Assembly: GCF_009914755.1 (NCBI RefSeq)
Contig: NC_060936.1
Origin: the human T2T-CHM13v2.0 reference genome, Homo sapiens
Direction: 5' to 3' (one strand)
DNA length: 64,000 nt
Part shown: one piece after another, positions 43,914 through 57,830 of the stretch
Numbering within the stretch: position 1 is the first letter of the stretch
Layout of the letters: each line of letters opens with the position of its first letter
Position numbers and translations under genes: made by a program
The notes under the pieces: model-generated
The model's database searches: none
What the model was told of the DNA's origin: nothing
Seen by the model: only the letters and a program-made list of their open reading frames with translations

Positions 43914-44275
43914 TGTATTAGCCCATTTTCACACTGCTATAAATAACTACCCGAGACTGGGTAATTTATAAAGAAAAGAAGTTTAATTGACTCACAGTTC
44001 TGCATGGCTAGGGAGGCCTCAGGAAACTTACAATCACGGCAGAAGGTGAAGGGAAACCAAGGCACATCTTACCTGGTGGCAGGAGAGTGAGCAGAGGGGG
44101 AAGTGCCATACTTTTAAACCATCAGATTTCATGAGAATTCATTTACTGTCATGAGAACAGCACAGGAGAAACCTCCCCCATGATCCAATCACCTCCCGTC
44201 AGGTCCCTCCCTCCACATTTGGGGATCACAATTCAAGATGAGATTTGGGTGGGGACACAGAGCCAAACCATATCA
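43914..44275 (-). mobile_element. THE1 (THE1D/C-like) solo MaLR LTR
   Basis: Minus strand starts TGATATGGTTTGGCTCTGTGTCCCCACCCAAATCTCATCTTGAATTG and ends CTAATACA. 362 bp with perfect 5-bp TSD ACATT. Inserted in an L2 remnant. Confidence 0.92.
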
Positions 44276-45627
44276 ACATTTAAGTTGAGATAACAGAAAT
44301 GGGAAGGCACAGGCTATATGAGAAACTGAGGAAAGGAGAGAGAAAGTTGGGGAGAAGACACAAGAGAGTAATTCAGGCAGAGGAAAATACGCTCCTCCGA
44401 GGCAAGAGAAAGCTCAGTGCTTTCCAGAAACTGAAAGAAAGCAAGCAAGCATGGCTGGAGCAATTAAGCAAGAGAAATGTGGGAAGCATGAAGGACATGA
44501 GAATGACAAGAAAAAAAATTTACCTTTTAAAAAATCACTCTGCCTATCATGTACAAAGCACAGAACAATGTTCAGTGTAGACTACAAGGAGAAGGCACCT
44601 AGGACATTAAATATTACTTTCGAAATTAGGAGAAGCAGCAGGCTAGTATCTCGAGCAGCTGGCTTGTAGGCTGGCTGGCCAGGGGAAACTACCAGTCCGC
44701 TTTGTGCAAGTGAATTCTCAAACCCTATCTGAGCACAGGAATCACCTGGGCGTCAAACAGGAGAAAGTTAATATCCTACTCTATTCTCCCACAAATTTCT
44801 ATAGGACTAATAAAAGAAAAGAAAGGAAAGAAAATGTGAAAATGCCTAATTTATCTACTTAGTTTTTACTCATAAAACTTTTAGCACTGGAATAGACCAA
44901 GGAGATTGAATAAGCCGATTGTTTGCACTTTGCAGAAAGGGAGACCAAGGCCCAGGTAGTTAAGTCACTCACCTAACATCCCACAGGGAGTCCTATGCTC
45001 GTGACAAAATAGTGTCACTATCTAACAGTTAAAGATAAGAGTTAAAACTCGTGAAACGGAAGTGGGTAAATGATAACATTTAGTCTCTAAATGTCCTCTC
45101 GACAAAAGAATGTCATATCAATAAAGATAACACTTAGTTCAAACACTTGAAATGAAAGTGGCTAAATGATAACATCTATCAAAATGCTGAGGTCAACCAA
45201 CAGGTCTCTTCAGGGGTGTTCATGGTGGTGACGGTTTTCTGGCTCTGCCCAAATTGGGATGCTACCTTCAGATCAGACCCTGCATAGGAGGGAAGAGACT
45301 CTTCCTGTGAAAGGGGCTTTCATGATTAGGCACAGCAGACTGCTGTGATCAAGGGGCTGCAGACACAGACTGCTCAGCTTAAGGTACAGTTTGCAGGATT
45401 CATGAACACAGGGTTAGACCTCACTGTGATAAGAGCCCTGACTTCAGAATGCTTTCTAGGTGTATTTCATGTTACATTTGCACCAAACTATACAACATGG
45501 GATTCTTTCTCTGGGATGAGTGGAATGTTCTAATCTGTCATTAGTGCATCTGTGAATGCTCAGTAAAACTTCATCCTAATATTTAATGCATAGAATCCTT
45601 TTTAAAAGTAGTTCCTCATGTTTCTAA

Positions 45628-45976
<349 letters not shown>

Positions 45977-46783
45977 AGGATTTAAAGATTTAACACTGAA
46001 GGTAAGAGACCAAAGAACCAGCCACATTCTGGACACTACCGAAGTTAAATAAAACAGGCATTCCTGTCAACTGTGTCTTCTACCTGGGAAACTTGGATGT
46101 GCAATGCATCCCACAGCAGGTGGGAAGTGCCAGAGAGGTTTTGTCCCTCACTCACACCAAAGGCACATGCTACTCTAGGAAGAGTAATGAGAGTCAAAAA
46201 GGAGGAAAACACTGTTCAATTAAAAAAAAAAAACTAGCAGTGCCAGTGTTGCCACACAACTGCACTCTGGTTGAAGGAATGCTTCCCGGTGCCTTGAGCA
46301 CTGCTTACTACGAGTGACCCCTAGTAAAGATCTGATCTACAGAGTTCTCATTTTCTTTATACTGTTGTAAATGTGTCCACAGGTCCAGTAGGATGGCAGA
46401 TTTTACTGCCGTAATTCAGATTGCTTTGCTTGGAAAGAGGAATTTATTCAAAGAATGATTTCCTTTTCTTTATATTTTTGAGTCTAGCTGCAGCGGCTGA
46501 AATTACAATGTGTGATAAAGGGTCAGCAGTTTTATCATAAGAATGGCTGAACGATTTGACAAACTCAACAGAAGCTGATATGATCTGGACCAGAGGCAAA
46601 TTATTGGTAGGGCTAGAATAACTAGAAATCAGCTCAGAGAAAAATGTGAGATAATCATGTCATAGGAAACATTCATTCTTTATTATTAAGTCAATATATA
46701 TTTATCACATACTTACTATATGCTAAGCATACAGCAATGCCTCTGCCATATAGCACTGATTTACTGTTGACAATGAATGATTT

Positions 46784-49582
46784 ACAGTTGAACAATGCTG
46801 GATAACGTTAGGTGCACTGACCCCCCGCCCCACCAATGAAGTTAAAAACCTGCGTAAAACATTAGACCCCCCCCAAATTAAACTAATAGCCTACAGTTGA
46901 CCGGAAGCCTTATTGATAACATGATTAATCAATTAACACATATTTTGTGAGATAGATAGATAGATTGTATTTTTATAATGAAATAAGCTGTAGAAAAGAC
47001 AATGTAACTAAGAAAATCATAAGGAAGAGAAAATATATTTACTAATCATTAAGTGGAAGTGGATCATCATAAATGTCTTCATCCTTGCCATCTTCATGTT
47101 CAGCAAACTAAGGATAAGGAGGAAGTGGAGGAGTTGGTCTTGCCATCTCAGGGATGGCAGAAGCAAAAGAGGTGGAGGAAGTGGAAGGGGAGGCAGGAGA
47201 GGCAGGCACTTGGTGTAACTTTAAGGAAATACATAGTAATTTCTGTCTGACTTTTTTAATTTCTCTAAAAATATTTCTATACAGTACTAACCCTTCTTCC
47301 ACCATTTGCTTTAGTTTCAGTCCTCGTATCATAGAAAAGTTCATGTCATAAAAGAAGTTAAAACCACTCTTGAATAATTGGAACCCTTATGCCAATTGTC
47401 TAATGTCAATTTGTTTTCTGGGATTGCTTCTTCTATGTCTTCTTCCTCATCGTCTGGCACTGGTTCAGAAACACTCATCTCCATCAAGTCGTCTTCTGCT
47501 AATTCCTGTGGTGCAGTGTCTACTAGCTCTTGAATTTCTCCAAGATCCATATCTTGATATCTTCAACCTGCCCCTGCCCCCACCATCTTTTTGCCATAGA
47601 CACAATCTATTTTGTGATTTCTTTGATTAGTTCTGTTGTAAATTCTATGAAGTTATGTACAACATCTGAACACACTTTTCTCCAGCAGGAATTTATTGTT
47701 TCAGGCTTGATGACTTTCATGTTTTTTTCTATAACAATGATAGCATCTTCAATAGTGTAATCTAAACTTTGATGATGTTCCCTCCATTGGTGTTCTCTTC
47801 CATATTGTTGACAATCCTTTTTGTAGAATACCACATGTAATGAGCCTAAAAGGTCCTTATGACCCCTTGATCTAGAGGCTGAATTAGAGATGTTGTATAT
47901 GGGGGCAAGTAGATTACTTCAGTGCCTTCTGTGTTTAATTCTTCGGGTTCTGGGTGGCCAGGAGCATTGCCCAATATCAAAAAAACGTTAAAAGGCAGTT
48001 GCTTACTGGCAAGGTACTTCCTGACTTCAGGAACAAAGCACCAATGGAACCAATCCATAAAAAAATGTTCTCATTTTCTGGGCCTTCATGTTGTACAATG
48101 GAAAGACTGGCAGCTGGTGTTTATCTCTTCCCTTCAAGGCTCAGAGGTTAGCAGCTTTACAAATAAGGGCAGTCCTGATCATAAACCTGACTGCATTTGC
48201 ACAAAACATTAAAGTTAGCCTATTCCTTCCTGCCTTAAAATCCTGGTGCTCACTTCTTTACTGATAAATGACTGTAGCATTGTTTTCCAGAATAGGACAC
48301 TTCCATCTACATCAAAAACCTGTTCAGGCAGATACCCTTCCTTCCCAGTGATTGTTTTAATGGCATCTGGGAACTTGTCTGCTGCCTCTTGGTTGGTAGA
48401 AACTGTTTCTCTTGTTATCTTGACAGTTTTTTTAAGCCAAATGTCTTTCTAAAATTTTCAAACCATCCTTTGAGGGCATTAAATTCTGCAGCTGTAGATC
48501 CTTCATCTTTCTTTTGTTTTAAATTGTCATATAATGACTTCACTTTTTCTTGAATCATATCAGGGTCTATAGATGTGCCTTTCTTTTAGCAGTCCTACAC
48601 CCACATGAAAGCTGCATTTTCAATAGGAGATTTTTAAAAAGGTGTTTCTGGAAAAGTGCAAGGTTTTCACACCTGCTGGTGTAGCTGTAGCAGGGGATTC
48701 AGAAATTTCCTTTTCTTTTTTCACAATGGTCCTTATCCTGGACTTGTCAGGCAACCTCAGCTGCATACCTCACTCTGTGGTACATATCAAGCAGTTCAAC
48801 TTTTTCTTGTAATGTCATGACTTTTCTCTACTTCTTGGGAGCACTTCCAGCATCACCAGTGGCACTTTTTGTGGCACCCATGGTATTATTCAAGATTTAT
48901 GATATTGCACAAAACACAGTGAAAAATACACAAGAGACCACTTTTTACTGCAATGGGCAATTTACTACAGTGACAAACTGCTCACATGAAGATAATTAAC
49001 ATTATACAGCATTTTAAGTGGATATTCACAGCACTTGAGCATACTACAATAGCAACAGGAGGTGGCTACAGAATTATTATAGTAGTACAGCATTACCACA
49101 AGTAATTTTGTGCAGCTAATTATCTTCATGTGAGCAGTTTGTCTCTACTCACATTACTCATTGGTAATGTGCAATTTACATGCAATTTGAACACATTGAT
49201 TGGTAGAAGCAGTTTCTACCAACCAAAAGGCAGCAGACAGGTTCCCAGTTGCCAGATGCTTTAATATTGTATCTTTACCTTTGTTTACAAACCAAATGGC
49301 TCCATATATGGTCTGTAAGTGTCTGTGTGTATAGGTTTTGATACATTTTAACTTTTTATAATAGATTTGTGGATACTTCATGGTAGCAAATGATAAAATA
49401 GACTAGTACATACATATATTTTATGCATTAATGACATATTTTTCTTAATTTTTCCATATTTCTAGGATACACATCTCATCTGCAAGTTTGTCAAATTGTT
49501 ACAAATCTCCAAAAAATTGTCTAGTGTATTTATTGAAAAACAAAACCACATGTAAGTTGACCTATGCAGTTCAAACCTATAT
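46784..49582 (-). mobile_element. Near full-length Tigger2 (pogo/Tc1-mariner) DNA transposon with decayed transposase
   Basis: Minus-strand fragments WFHWCFVPEVRKYL...FLILGNAPGHP...YLPPYTTSLIQPLDQGVIRTF (pogo DDE_1 domain, DNAPGH Asp changed to Gly, frameshifted). Tigger2-like ends CAGTTGA... and ...GCAGTTCAAACC. Confidence 0.88.
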
Positions 49583-50012
49583 TTAATGCACAAAAGTACC
49601 CTGCATGAAAATCACCCCAGGGTACACTTGAGGCCTCACAGTCTGCCAAGACACAGAGTGATGCACAATTACAATTCTATATGACAAATACTGTGATTAA
49701 AACAAAAACATGACTGCTCCAGGAGACAGAGGAGAGGTAACCTCTGAAGTCTTCCAGAAGAAAAAAAGTGACTTGTGTCTTGAAAGATGAGTGGAAAAAG
49801 CAGGAAGAAGAGATGAGTAGGCAGGGAAGCAAGGTGTTCAAAGGCTGGAGAGCGCAGAGATAATTTAAACACCCTTCAGGTCTCAGCTGAATACCTCGGA
49901 CTAAATCCAAGTTATGGCCCCGAACCTCCACCTCTGCTGCAGCACATCCTCCTATGTGCTCCCTTTGCAGCACCAATCACAACTTGAGACTAGCCAAGAT
50001 GGGAAGAAAGCA

Positions 50013-50334
50013 TTTTCTTTCTTTCTTTCTTTCTTTGTTTCTTTTTTCTTGAGACGGAGTTTCACTCTTGTGGCCCAGGCTGGAGTGCAGTGGCGCGCGC
50101 AATCTCAGCTCACTGCAACCTCCGTATCCTGGGTTCAAGCAATACTCCTGCCTCAGCCTCCCAAGTAGCTGGGATTACAGGCACCCACCACCACGCCTGG
50201 CTAATTTTATATTTTAGCAAAGATAGGGTTTCACCATGTTGGCCAGGCTGATCTCGAACTCCTGACCTCAAGTGATCCACCCGCCTCTGCCTCCCAAAGT
50301 GCTCGGATTACAGTGTGAGCCACCACGCCCAGCC
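50013..50334 (-). mobile_element. AluSp/Sq-like
   Basis: GAGACGGAGTTTCACTCTTGTGGCCCAGG; (TTTC)n tail; TSD AGCATTTTC. Confidence 0.93.
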
Positions 50335-50689
50335 AGCATTTTCAATGAGCTCTATGAGGACAGAAGTATTGTCTGTCGATTTTCATTGAGTCCCCTGCAT
50401 CTGGAATAGTGTTCAGCAAATACTAAATAATAAACATTTGCTGAATAAATCAATCAACAAATAAAATGCAGGCATCGACTTACTGCCTCAGGGTCCACAA
50501 GCCTACTTGTTTCTTAAAAATTTGAAGCATGGCCTAGACATTAGTGACCCTTATAACTTTGTCTAAAACAATCAGATAAACAAGCAATACAATCCTTAGT
50601 TTTTTCCAATTTCCTTATGTGTTCAAAAAAATCATACAAATTTGTATTGCATATGATGGCTAAAGCAAAAATGGAAAACCTCTACTGAT

Positions 50690-51288
50690 TGTTGGGGTAA
50701 TCAGACCCAACACCGGGTCGTGGGGGCAACGAAGTCCAGTGGAGTCAAAGGAATGAGAAAAGACAGTTTGAGAGAGAAAGTGAGTCCAGGGGGCCAACAC
50801 GAGTACGGAGGCTGCAAAGGCCCTGAGCTCTGGAAGCCCAGACTATTTATTGGTGATCAAACAAAGAAACAGGTGGTGAGAATGTGGGGTTGAAAGGGAG
50901 CATTGCATTAAGCACATGATTTACAGCTGTGACGGTTTAGCATATGCTCTGCTACTTGAGATAATGGAGAGTAGGTTCTTTTAACTCAAGATACAATCGA
51001 TCCTGGGAGAGCAAGGAGCCGACAAGTCTAGACACATTCCAGAGGCCACGAGGGGTTTTATGCCCTGAGCCCTGGATGCTATCCTAGCCCCTACGGGTTT
51101 TATGCCCTAGGCTTAGATTATGGTGCGTCAGGGTAGCCTTCCACCCTTTTGCACAGAGCTTGGTGTTCCAAAAGCCGTGAGGGGTTTTAGACTCTGGACC
51201 CTGGACATGTTCCAAGACTCTTTTACATTATATCAGACATGCAAGCCCCCGCCTCAGCTTCTCCCAACACTCAGCTTTTACCCCAACA
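50690..51288 (-). mobile_element. Solo LTR14B-like (HERV-K14/HML-1) LTR
   Basis: 599 bp bounded by TG...CA with 11-bp terminal IR TGTTGGGGTAA/TTACCCCAACA. Minus start AAAGCTGAGTGTTGGGAGAAGCTGAGG...GCTTGCATGTCTG as in LTR14B. AATAAA at 50851-50846. Flanks CTGAT/CCAAT. Confidence 0.85.
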
Positions 51289-52451
51289 CCAATAATTTGA
51301 GGAAAGGAGATAGTGGGTTATGAGTCGACAGCTACATGTGTCACGGTTCCTCAGAGAATTAACTGCCCAGACTGCATTCTCACGGAGAATGGCCTCAAAT
51401 CCTCTCTCGACAAAAAGGATTTTATTAGATTATACTCTATCATATTATAAATATACAGCCAGAGGGTAAGTGAAAAACCATACATAAGACCTTCATTTTT
51501 ATAGACCTCAATATACAACTTCAGACTGGATCATAACCACCCTTCTTGTTGTTTTTTGTTTTTTTAGTTGACCTTAATGGCTAAGATGGTTTCTACTGTG
51601 ACCACAGCCTTGGTTTCTTGAAAGTTTTTCTTCTCCAAAATACAGATGATAGATAAGAGTGACAGATAAGAGATTCAACTAAAGACTAAACTTAATTTTA
51701 TTGTTTTACTGCAGATACAGACTCTTAAGCAGATCTTATTCACTGACTTTTTGCACAGTTGTTCACATGGGGTCCTACAAATATTATCTGAAGTGCTTTT
51801 AAAGCCATACTTGAGAAAATTATGCTAGTATAATGTTTAAAAAATAGACTAAATAAATAAATATCAGTTTGGCAAAAAAAAAAAAAAAAAAAAAAACAGC
51901 ACAAGCACTAGGACACCAACACAAAACTACTGACACCAGAAAGATTTATAGGAAACTTTGAAAGAAAACAACAAAATTAGCATAATTTGAAGAAAGCATG
52001 ATTAGATTTACAAGCAAGTTTTCATGAAAGTAGAAAAGAGGGACTAAATTATTAGCCAAGTGTCTCTCTGCGAAACCAAATTCATAATCAGACATTTAAT
52101 TTTAATAAAAAGACAAATATCCAACAACTCAGTAGATATTGAACAGAAAAGTTTACAAAACATCATTATCCAATTTCTATATTCTCTATAACTACAAAGA
52201 TCATCTGATATAGGTAAGCTAGCTTACCTAGAATAATCTTAAACCCTTGTAAGACATTTCTTCATGTTCCAACCATAGAAAAAAATTAGAAAGAGTTTTT
52301 TTAATACTTTAAATACAAATAGATACTATAGTAGGATAACATTAGTGCAGGTTTTTACATTTTTCAGTGTTATTGTCATTCATCAGAATTAGTTCACACA
52401 ATTTAGCATGTGAATTAAATTCCGAACTCAGCAATAGAGCTGCACCCCATA

Positions 52452-55400
52452 ATTTTTTATTGAGACATAATAGATGTAAATATTTTCAGGGTACATGTGA
52501 CATTTTGATGCATTCATATAATGTGTTATGATTAAATCAGGGTAACTTCCTCCCACTGTATTTTTGAGCCCATTAATCAACCTCTCTTCATCTTGCCACA
52601 CCCCTACCTCTCCCAGCCTCTGCTCACACTCAACCTATTCACTGTCTTCATGAGATCCACTTTATTAGCTCCCACAAATGGGTGAGAACAGGAAATAGTT
52701 GTCTTTCCATGCCTGGCTTCCTTCACTTAACGTAAAAACCTCTGTTCCATCCATGTTGCTGCAAATGACAGAATTTCATTTTTTTCATTATACCACATTT
52801 TCTTTATCCATTCATCCATTGATGAGCACTTAGATTGATTCCATATGTTGGCTACTGTGGCTAGTGCTGAATAAACATTTGAGTGCAGGTTATCTCTTCA
52901 AGAAATTGATTTCCTTTCTTTAGGATATATATCCAGTAGTGAGATTGCTGAATCACATGGTAGTTATACTTTCAGTTTTTTGAGGAGCTTCCATACTGTT
53001 TTCCATAGCGGTTATACTAGTTTACATTCCCACCAACAGTGTGCCAGGGTTCCCCTTTCTCTACCTCCTTCCCAGCATCACTACTGCCTTTTAAGTTATA
53101 GCCATTCTAACGGGGGTGAGATGGTATCTCACTGTGGTTTTGATTTGCATTTCTCTGATTAGTGATATTGAGTATTTTGATATGCCTGTTGGCCATTTGT
53201 ATGTCTATTCAGATCTTTTTCCCATTTTTAAATCAGATTATTTGCTTTTTGCTATTGAGTTCTTTGAGTTCCTCATATATTCTGATTAGTCCCTTGTCAG
53301 ACGGATAGTTGCAAATATTTTTTCCGATTCTGTAGGTTGCCTTCTTACTTTGTCGATTGTTTCCTTTGCTGGGCAGAAGATTTTTAGCTTTACATAATCC
53401 CATTTGTCTATTTTTTTCTTTGCTTGTCTGTACTTTCGAGGACTTACTCAAAAAAAAAATCTCTGCCCAGACCAATGTCCTGAAGTGTTCCCTCAAGTTT
53501 TCTTCCAATAGTTTCATAGTGTTAGGTCTTATATTGGGCTCCAATCCATTTTGATTTTATTTTTCTATACTGTGAGAGATAGGAGTTTAGTTTCATTTTT
53601 CTGCATATGGTTATCGAGTTTTCCCAGCATCATTTATTGAAGAGACTGTTCTTTCCCTCAATGTATATTCTTGGCACCTTTGTCAAAATATGAGTTGGCT
53701 GTAAATGTATGGATTTATTTCTGGGTTCTCTATTCTTTTCTATTGGTCTATGTTTTTTGTTTTTAATGCCAGTACCATGCTCTTCTGGTTACTATAGCTT
53801 TATAGTATGTTTTGAAGTCAGGTAGTGTGATGCTTCCAGCTTTGTTCTTTTTGCTCAGTATTGCTTTGGCTTTTGGGGGGTCTTTTGTGGTTCTGTGGTT
53901 CCATGTAAATTTTACCATGTTTTTCTATTTCTGTGAAGAATGCTAGAAGTATCTTGATAGAAATTGCATTTAATCTGTAGATAGCTTTGGGTAGTATTGA
54001 TATTTTAGCAGTATTATTTCTTTCAATGAAGGAGCATTGAATATCCATGTTTTGTGTGTGTGTCCTCTTCAATTTCATTGTTTTATACACAATTTCATCA
54101 ATGTTTTATAGTTTTTCTTATAGAGATCCTTCACTTCCTTGGTTAAATTTATTCCTAGTTATCTTATATTTTTGCAGCTATTGTAAATGGGATTGCTTTT
54201 TTATTTCTTTTTTATATTGTTCACTGTTTGCATGCATAAATGCTATTGATTTTTGTATCCTGCAAATTTACGGAATTTTTTTTATCAGTTCTAACAGTTT
54301 AGGTAGAGTCTTTAGGATATTTTGAATATAAGACCATGTCATCTGTGAAAAAGCATAATTTAACTTCTTCCTTTTCAAATTGAATGCACTTTATTTCCTT
54401 CTCTTGATTATTTGCTGTGACTAGGACTTTCAGTATTATGTTGAATAAAAGTGGTGAAAGTGGTCAAACTTGTCCTGTTCCAGATGATAGAGGAGAGGCT
54501 TTCAATTTTTCCCCATTCAGTGTGATGTTAGCTCATCATAAATGGCCTTTATTGTTCTGAGGTATGTCCCTTCTATATCTAGTCTGTTAAGGGTTTTTAT
54601 CATAAAGGGATATAAATTTTATTGAATACTTTTTCAATATCTATTGAAATGATCATATGGTTTTTGTTCTTGGTTCTTTTCATGTATCACATTTATTGAT
54701 TTGCACATTTTGAGCCATCCTTGCATCCCTGGGATGCATCCAGCCTGATCTGGTGAATGATCTTTTCAATGTGTTGTTGAATTTGGTTTGCTAATATTTT
54801 TGTGAGGATTTTTGTGTTTGTTTTCATTAGAAACATTGGCCTGCAGTTTTCTCTTTTTTGTTGTGTCCTTGTCTGATTTATATCAAGGTACAACTGGACT
54901 CACAGAATGAGTTTGGAAATATGCTCTTCTCTTTAATTTTTTAAGAGTTTGGGTAGAATTGGAATTAATTCTTTTTAAAATGTTTGGTAGAACTCAGCAC
55001 TGAATCCATTATGTCCTGGGTTTACTTTAATACAAGACTTTTGTTACAGCTTCAATCTTGTTACTCATTATTGGTTTGTTCAGGTTGTCTTTCTTCATGG
55101 CTTAATCTTGATAGGTTGCATGTGTCTAGTAATTTATCCATTTCTTCTAAGTTTTCCAATTTGTTAACATATAATTTTCCGTAATATTCTGTAATTCTGT
55201 AATAGTTATTTGTATTTCTGTGGCATCAGTTGTTATGTCTCTTTTTTCATCTCTGATTTTATTTTGTATTTTCTCTCTTTTTCTTAGCTAAATGTCCACT
55301 GTTTATCTTTTCAAAAAAACCAATTTTTTATTTTATTGCACTTCCCTATTGTTTTGTAGGCTCAATTTCATTTGTTTCTGCTCTGACATTTATTAGTTAT

Positions 55401-57050
55401 TTCCTTCTACTAAATTTGGTTTGTTCTTACTTTCCCAGTTCCTTCAGATACATTATTAGTTGTTTATTTGAAGTCTTTCTACTTTTTTGAGGTAGGCATT
55501 TACTGCTATAAACTTCCCTCTTAGGACTGCTTTTGCTGTATCCCATAGGTTTTGGTATATTGTGTTTCCACTTTTATTTATTTTAAGACATTTTTAAATT
55601 TCCATCGTAATATATTTACTGACTCATCGATTGCTCAGGAGCATATTATTTAATTTCCATGAGTTTTCGTAGTTTCCAAGATTCCTCTTGTTGTTTATTT
55701 CTGTTTTATTCCATTGTGGTCAGAAAAGATACTTGACATAATTATGACTTTTTGAATGTGCTGACACTTGTTTGGTAGCCTAAAATATAGTCTTTCTGGA
55801 GAATGTTCCATGTGCTGATGAAAAGAATGTGTATTCTGTAGCAGTTGGGTGAATTATTCTGTGAATGTCACATCGGCCCATTTGGTTTAATGTGTAGTTT
55901 AACTTTTCCTGTCTAAATGATCTGTCCATTACTAAGATTGGAGTGTTGAAGTCCTCTGCTATTATTGTATTGCAGTCTAGCTCTCCCTTTAGATCTATTA
56001 ATGCTTGCTTTATATACTTGGGTGCTCTTATGTTGCATGCATAGATATTTATAATTGTTATATCCTCTAGCTGAATTAACCTCTTTATCATTATATAGTG
56101 ACTTTCTACCCTCTTTTTACGGACTTTGGCTTGTAGTCTATCTGATAAAAGGATAGCTAGTCCTGCTCTTTTTTTGGTTTCCATTTGCATGGAATATCTT
56201 TTATCCATTCCTTAACTGTCAGTCTATGTGAGCCTTTATAGGTGAAGCAAGTTTCTTATAGGTGGCATATTGTTTGGTCTTGTTTCTTTATCCATTCAGC
56301 CACTCTGTCATTTAATTAGAAAATTTAGTCCACTTACATTCAATGTTATCATTGATAGGTAAAAACTTACTACTGACATTTTGTTACTTGTTTTATGTTT
56401 TTTTTTTTATTTCATTTTGTTTTTTTTAACTCCTCTCTTCCTTTCTACTGTCTTCTGTGGTTATTTTCTTTGGCAGTATGTTTTATTTTGTTGCTCTTAA
56501 TTTTTAGTGCATTTATTATAGTTTTTGCTTTGTGGTTACCACGAGGCTTACAAAAAAACCTCTTATAAATATAACGAGTTATTTCAAACAGATGACAACT
56601 TATATTTGATCAAAATAAAAAGGGACTAGAAACAAACCAAGGAAAAACTTTTAAAAACTATACTTTAACTCCATCCCCCAACACACACACATTTTGACTT
56701 TTTGTTGAGGCAGGTATAGGTATCCTACCCAGGAGCTCAAGATGATGGGAAAGCTGATTGTCCACCTCAATCCCACGTTTTCCAGTGTAGTAATTGTGAG
56801 TTGGGAGAAAATTTTCCCTGTGCTTGGTGCCTGGCAGATTGGGGGAGGGGCATTGTGGATGTAAAATTCCAATTCTGTTACTATCTGCCCAAAATTTTTT
56901 CACTTCTCTGAGGCCTCAGGAACTGTCTTATCCTCATATATTAGCATTCTGGGATATTGCTGGTGATAATCATAGTGCTGTGTATTTGTTTTTGGTTTTC
57001 AGGATGCAGAAGAAGGGATAGTGAAGCCAGCTTGCTTTTTCTCCGTCATT
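52452..57050 (-). mobile_element. L1MA-type LINE-1, about 4.5 kb, decayed ORF2 (EN and RT fragments) plus 3' UTR
   Basis: EN: KKRAGLAILLSD...HYIMIK...IINIYACN...EDFNTP (55780-56208). RT: [33 protein letters not shown] (54693-54893). L1MA-type 3' end at 52452. The 5' boundary is uncertain. Confidence 0.9.
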
Positions 57051-57186
57051 TTTCATGCCTCACAATTTTGACAGAGAAATTATGTATCATTAACCAAGAA
57101 ATGAATTTGTCAGCAAAACAATTCAATAACATAATTAGAAAATACCTTTACCAAAGTTAAAACCAATTACTCATAATTTATTTATC

Positions 57187-57504
<318 letters not shown>

Positions 57505-57521
57505 TAAATTAAACTACTGCT

Positions 57522-57830
<309 letters not shown>

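Noticed and set aside
47108-48452. Possible domesticated pogo/TIGD-like transposase gene
   Set aside because: Broken into several frames with stops, and the DNAPGH catalytic Asp is replaced by Gly. It is a dead Tigger2 copy.
55780-56208. Longest ORF (142 aa), endonuclease-like
   Set aside because: Fragment of L1 ORF2. Neighbouring RT parts are frameshifted and deleted.
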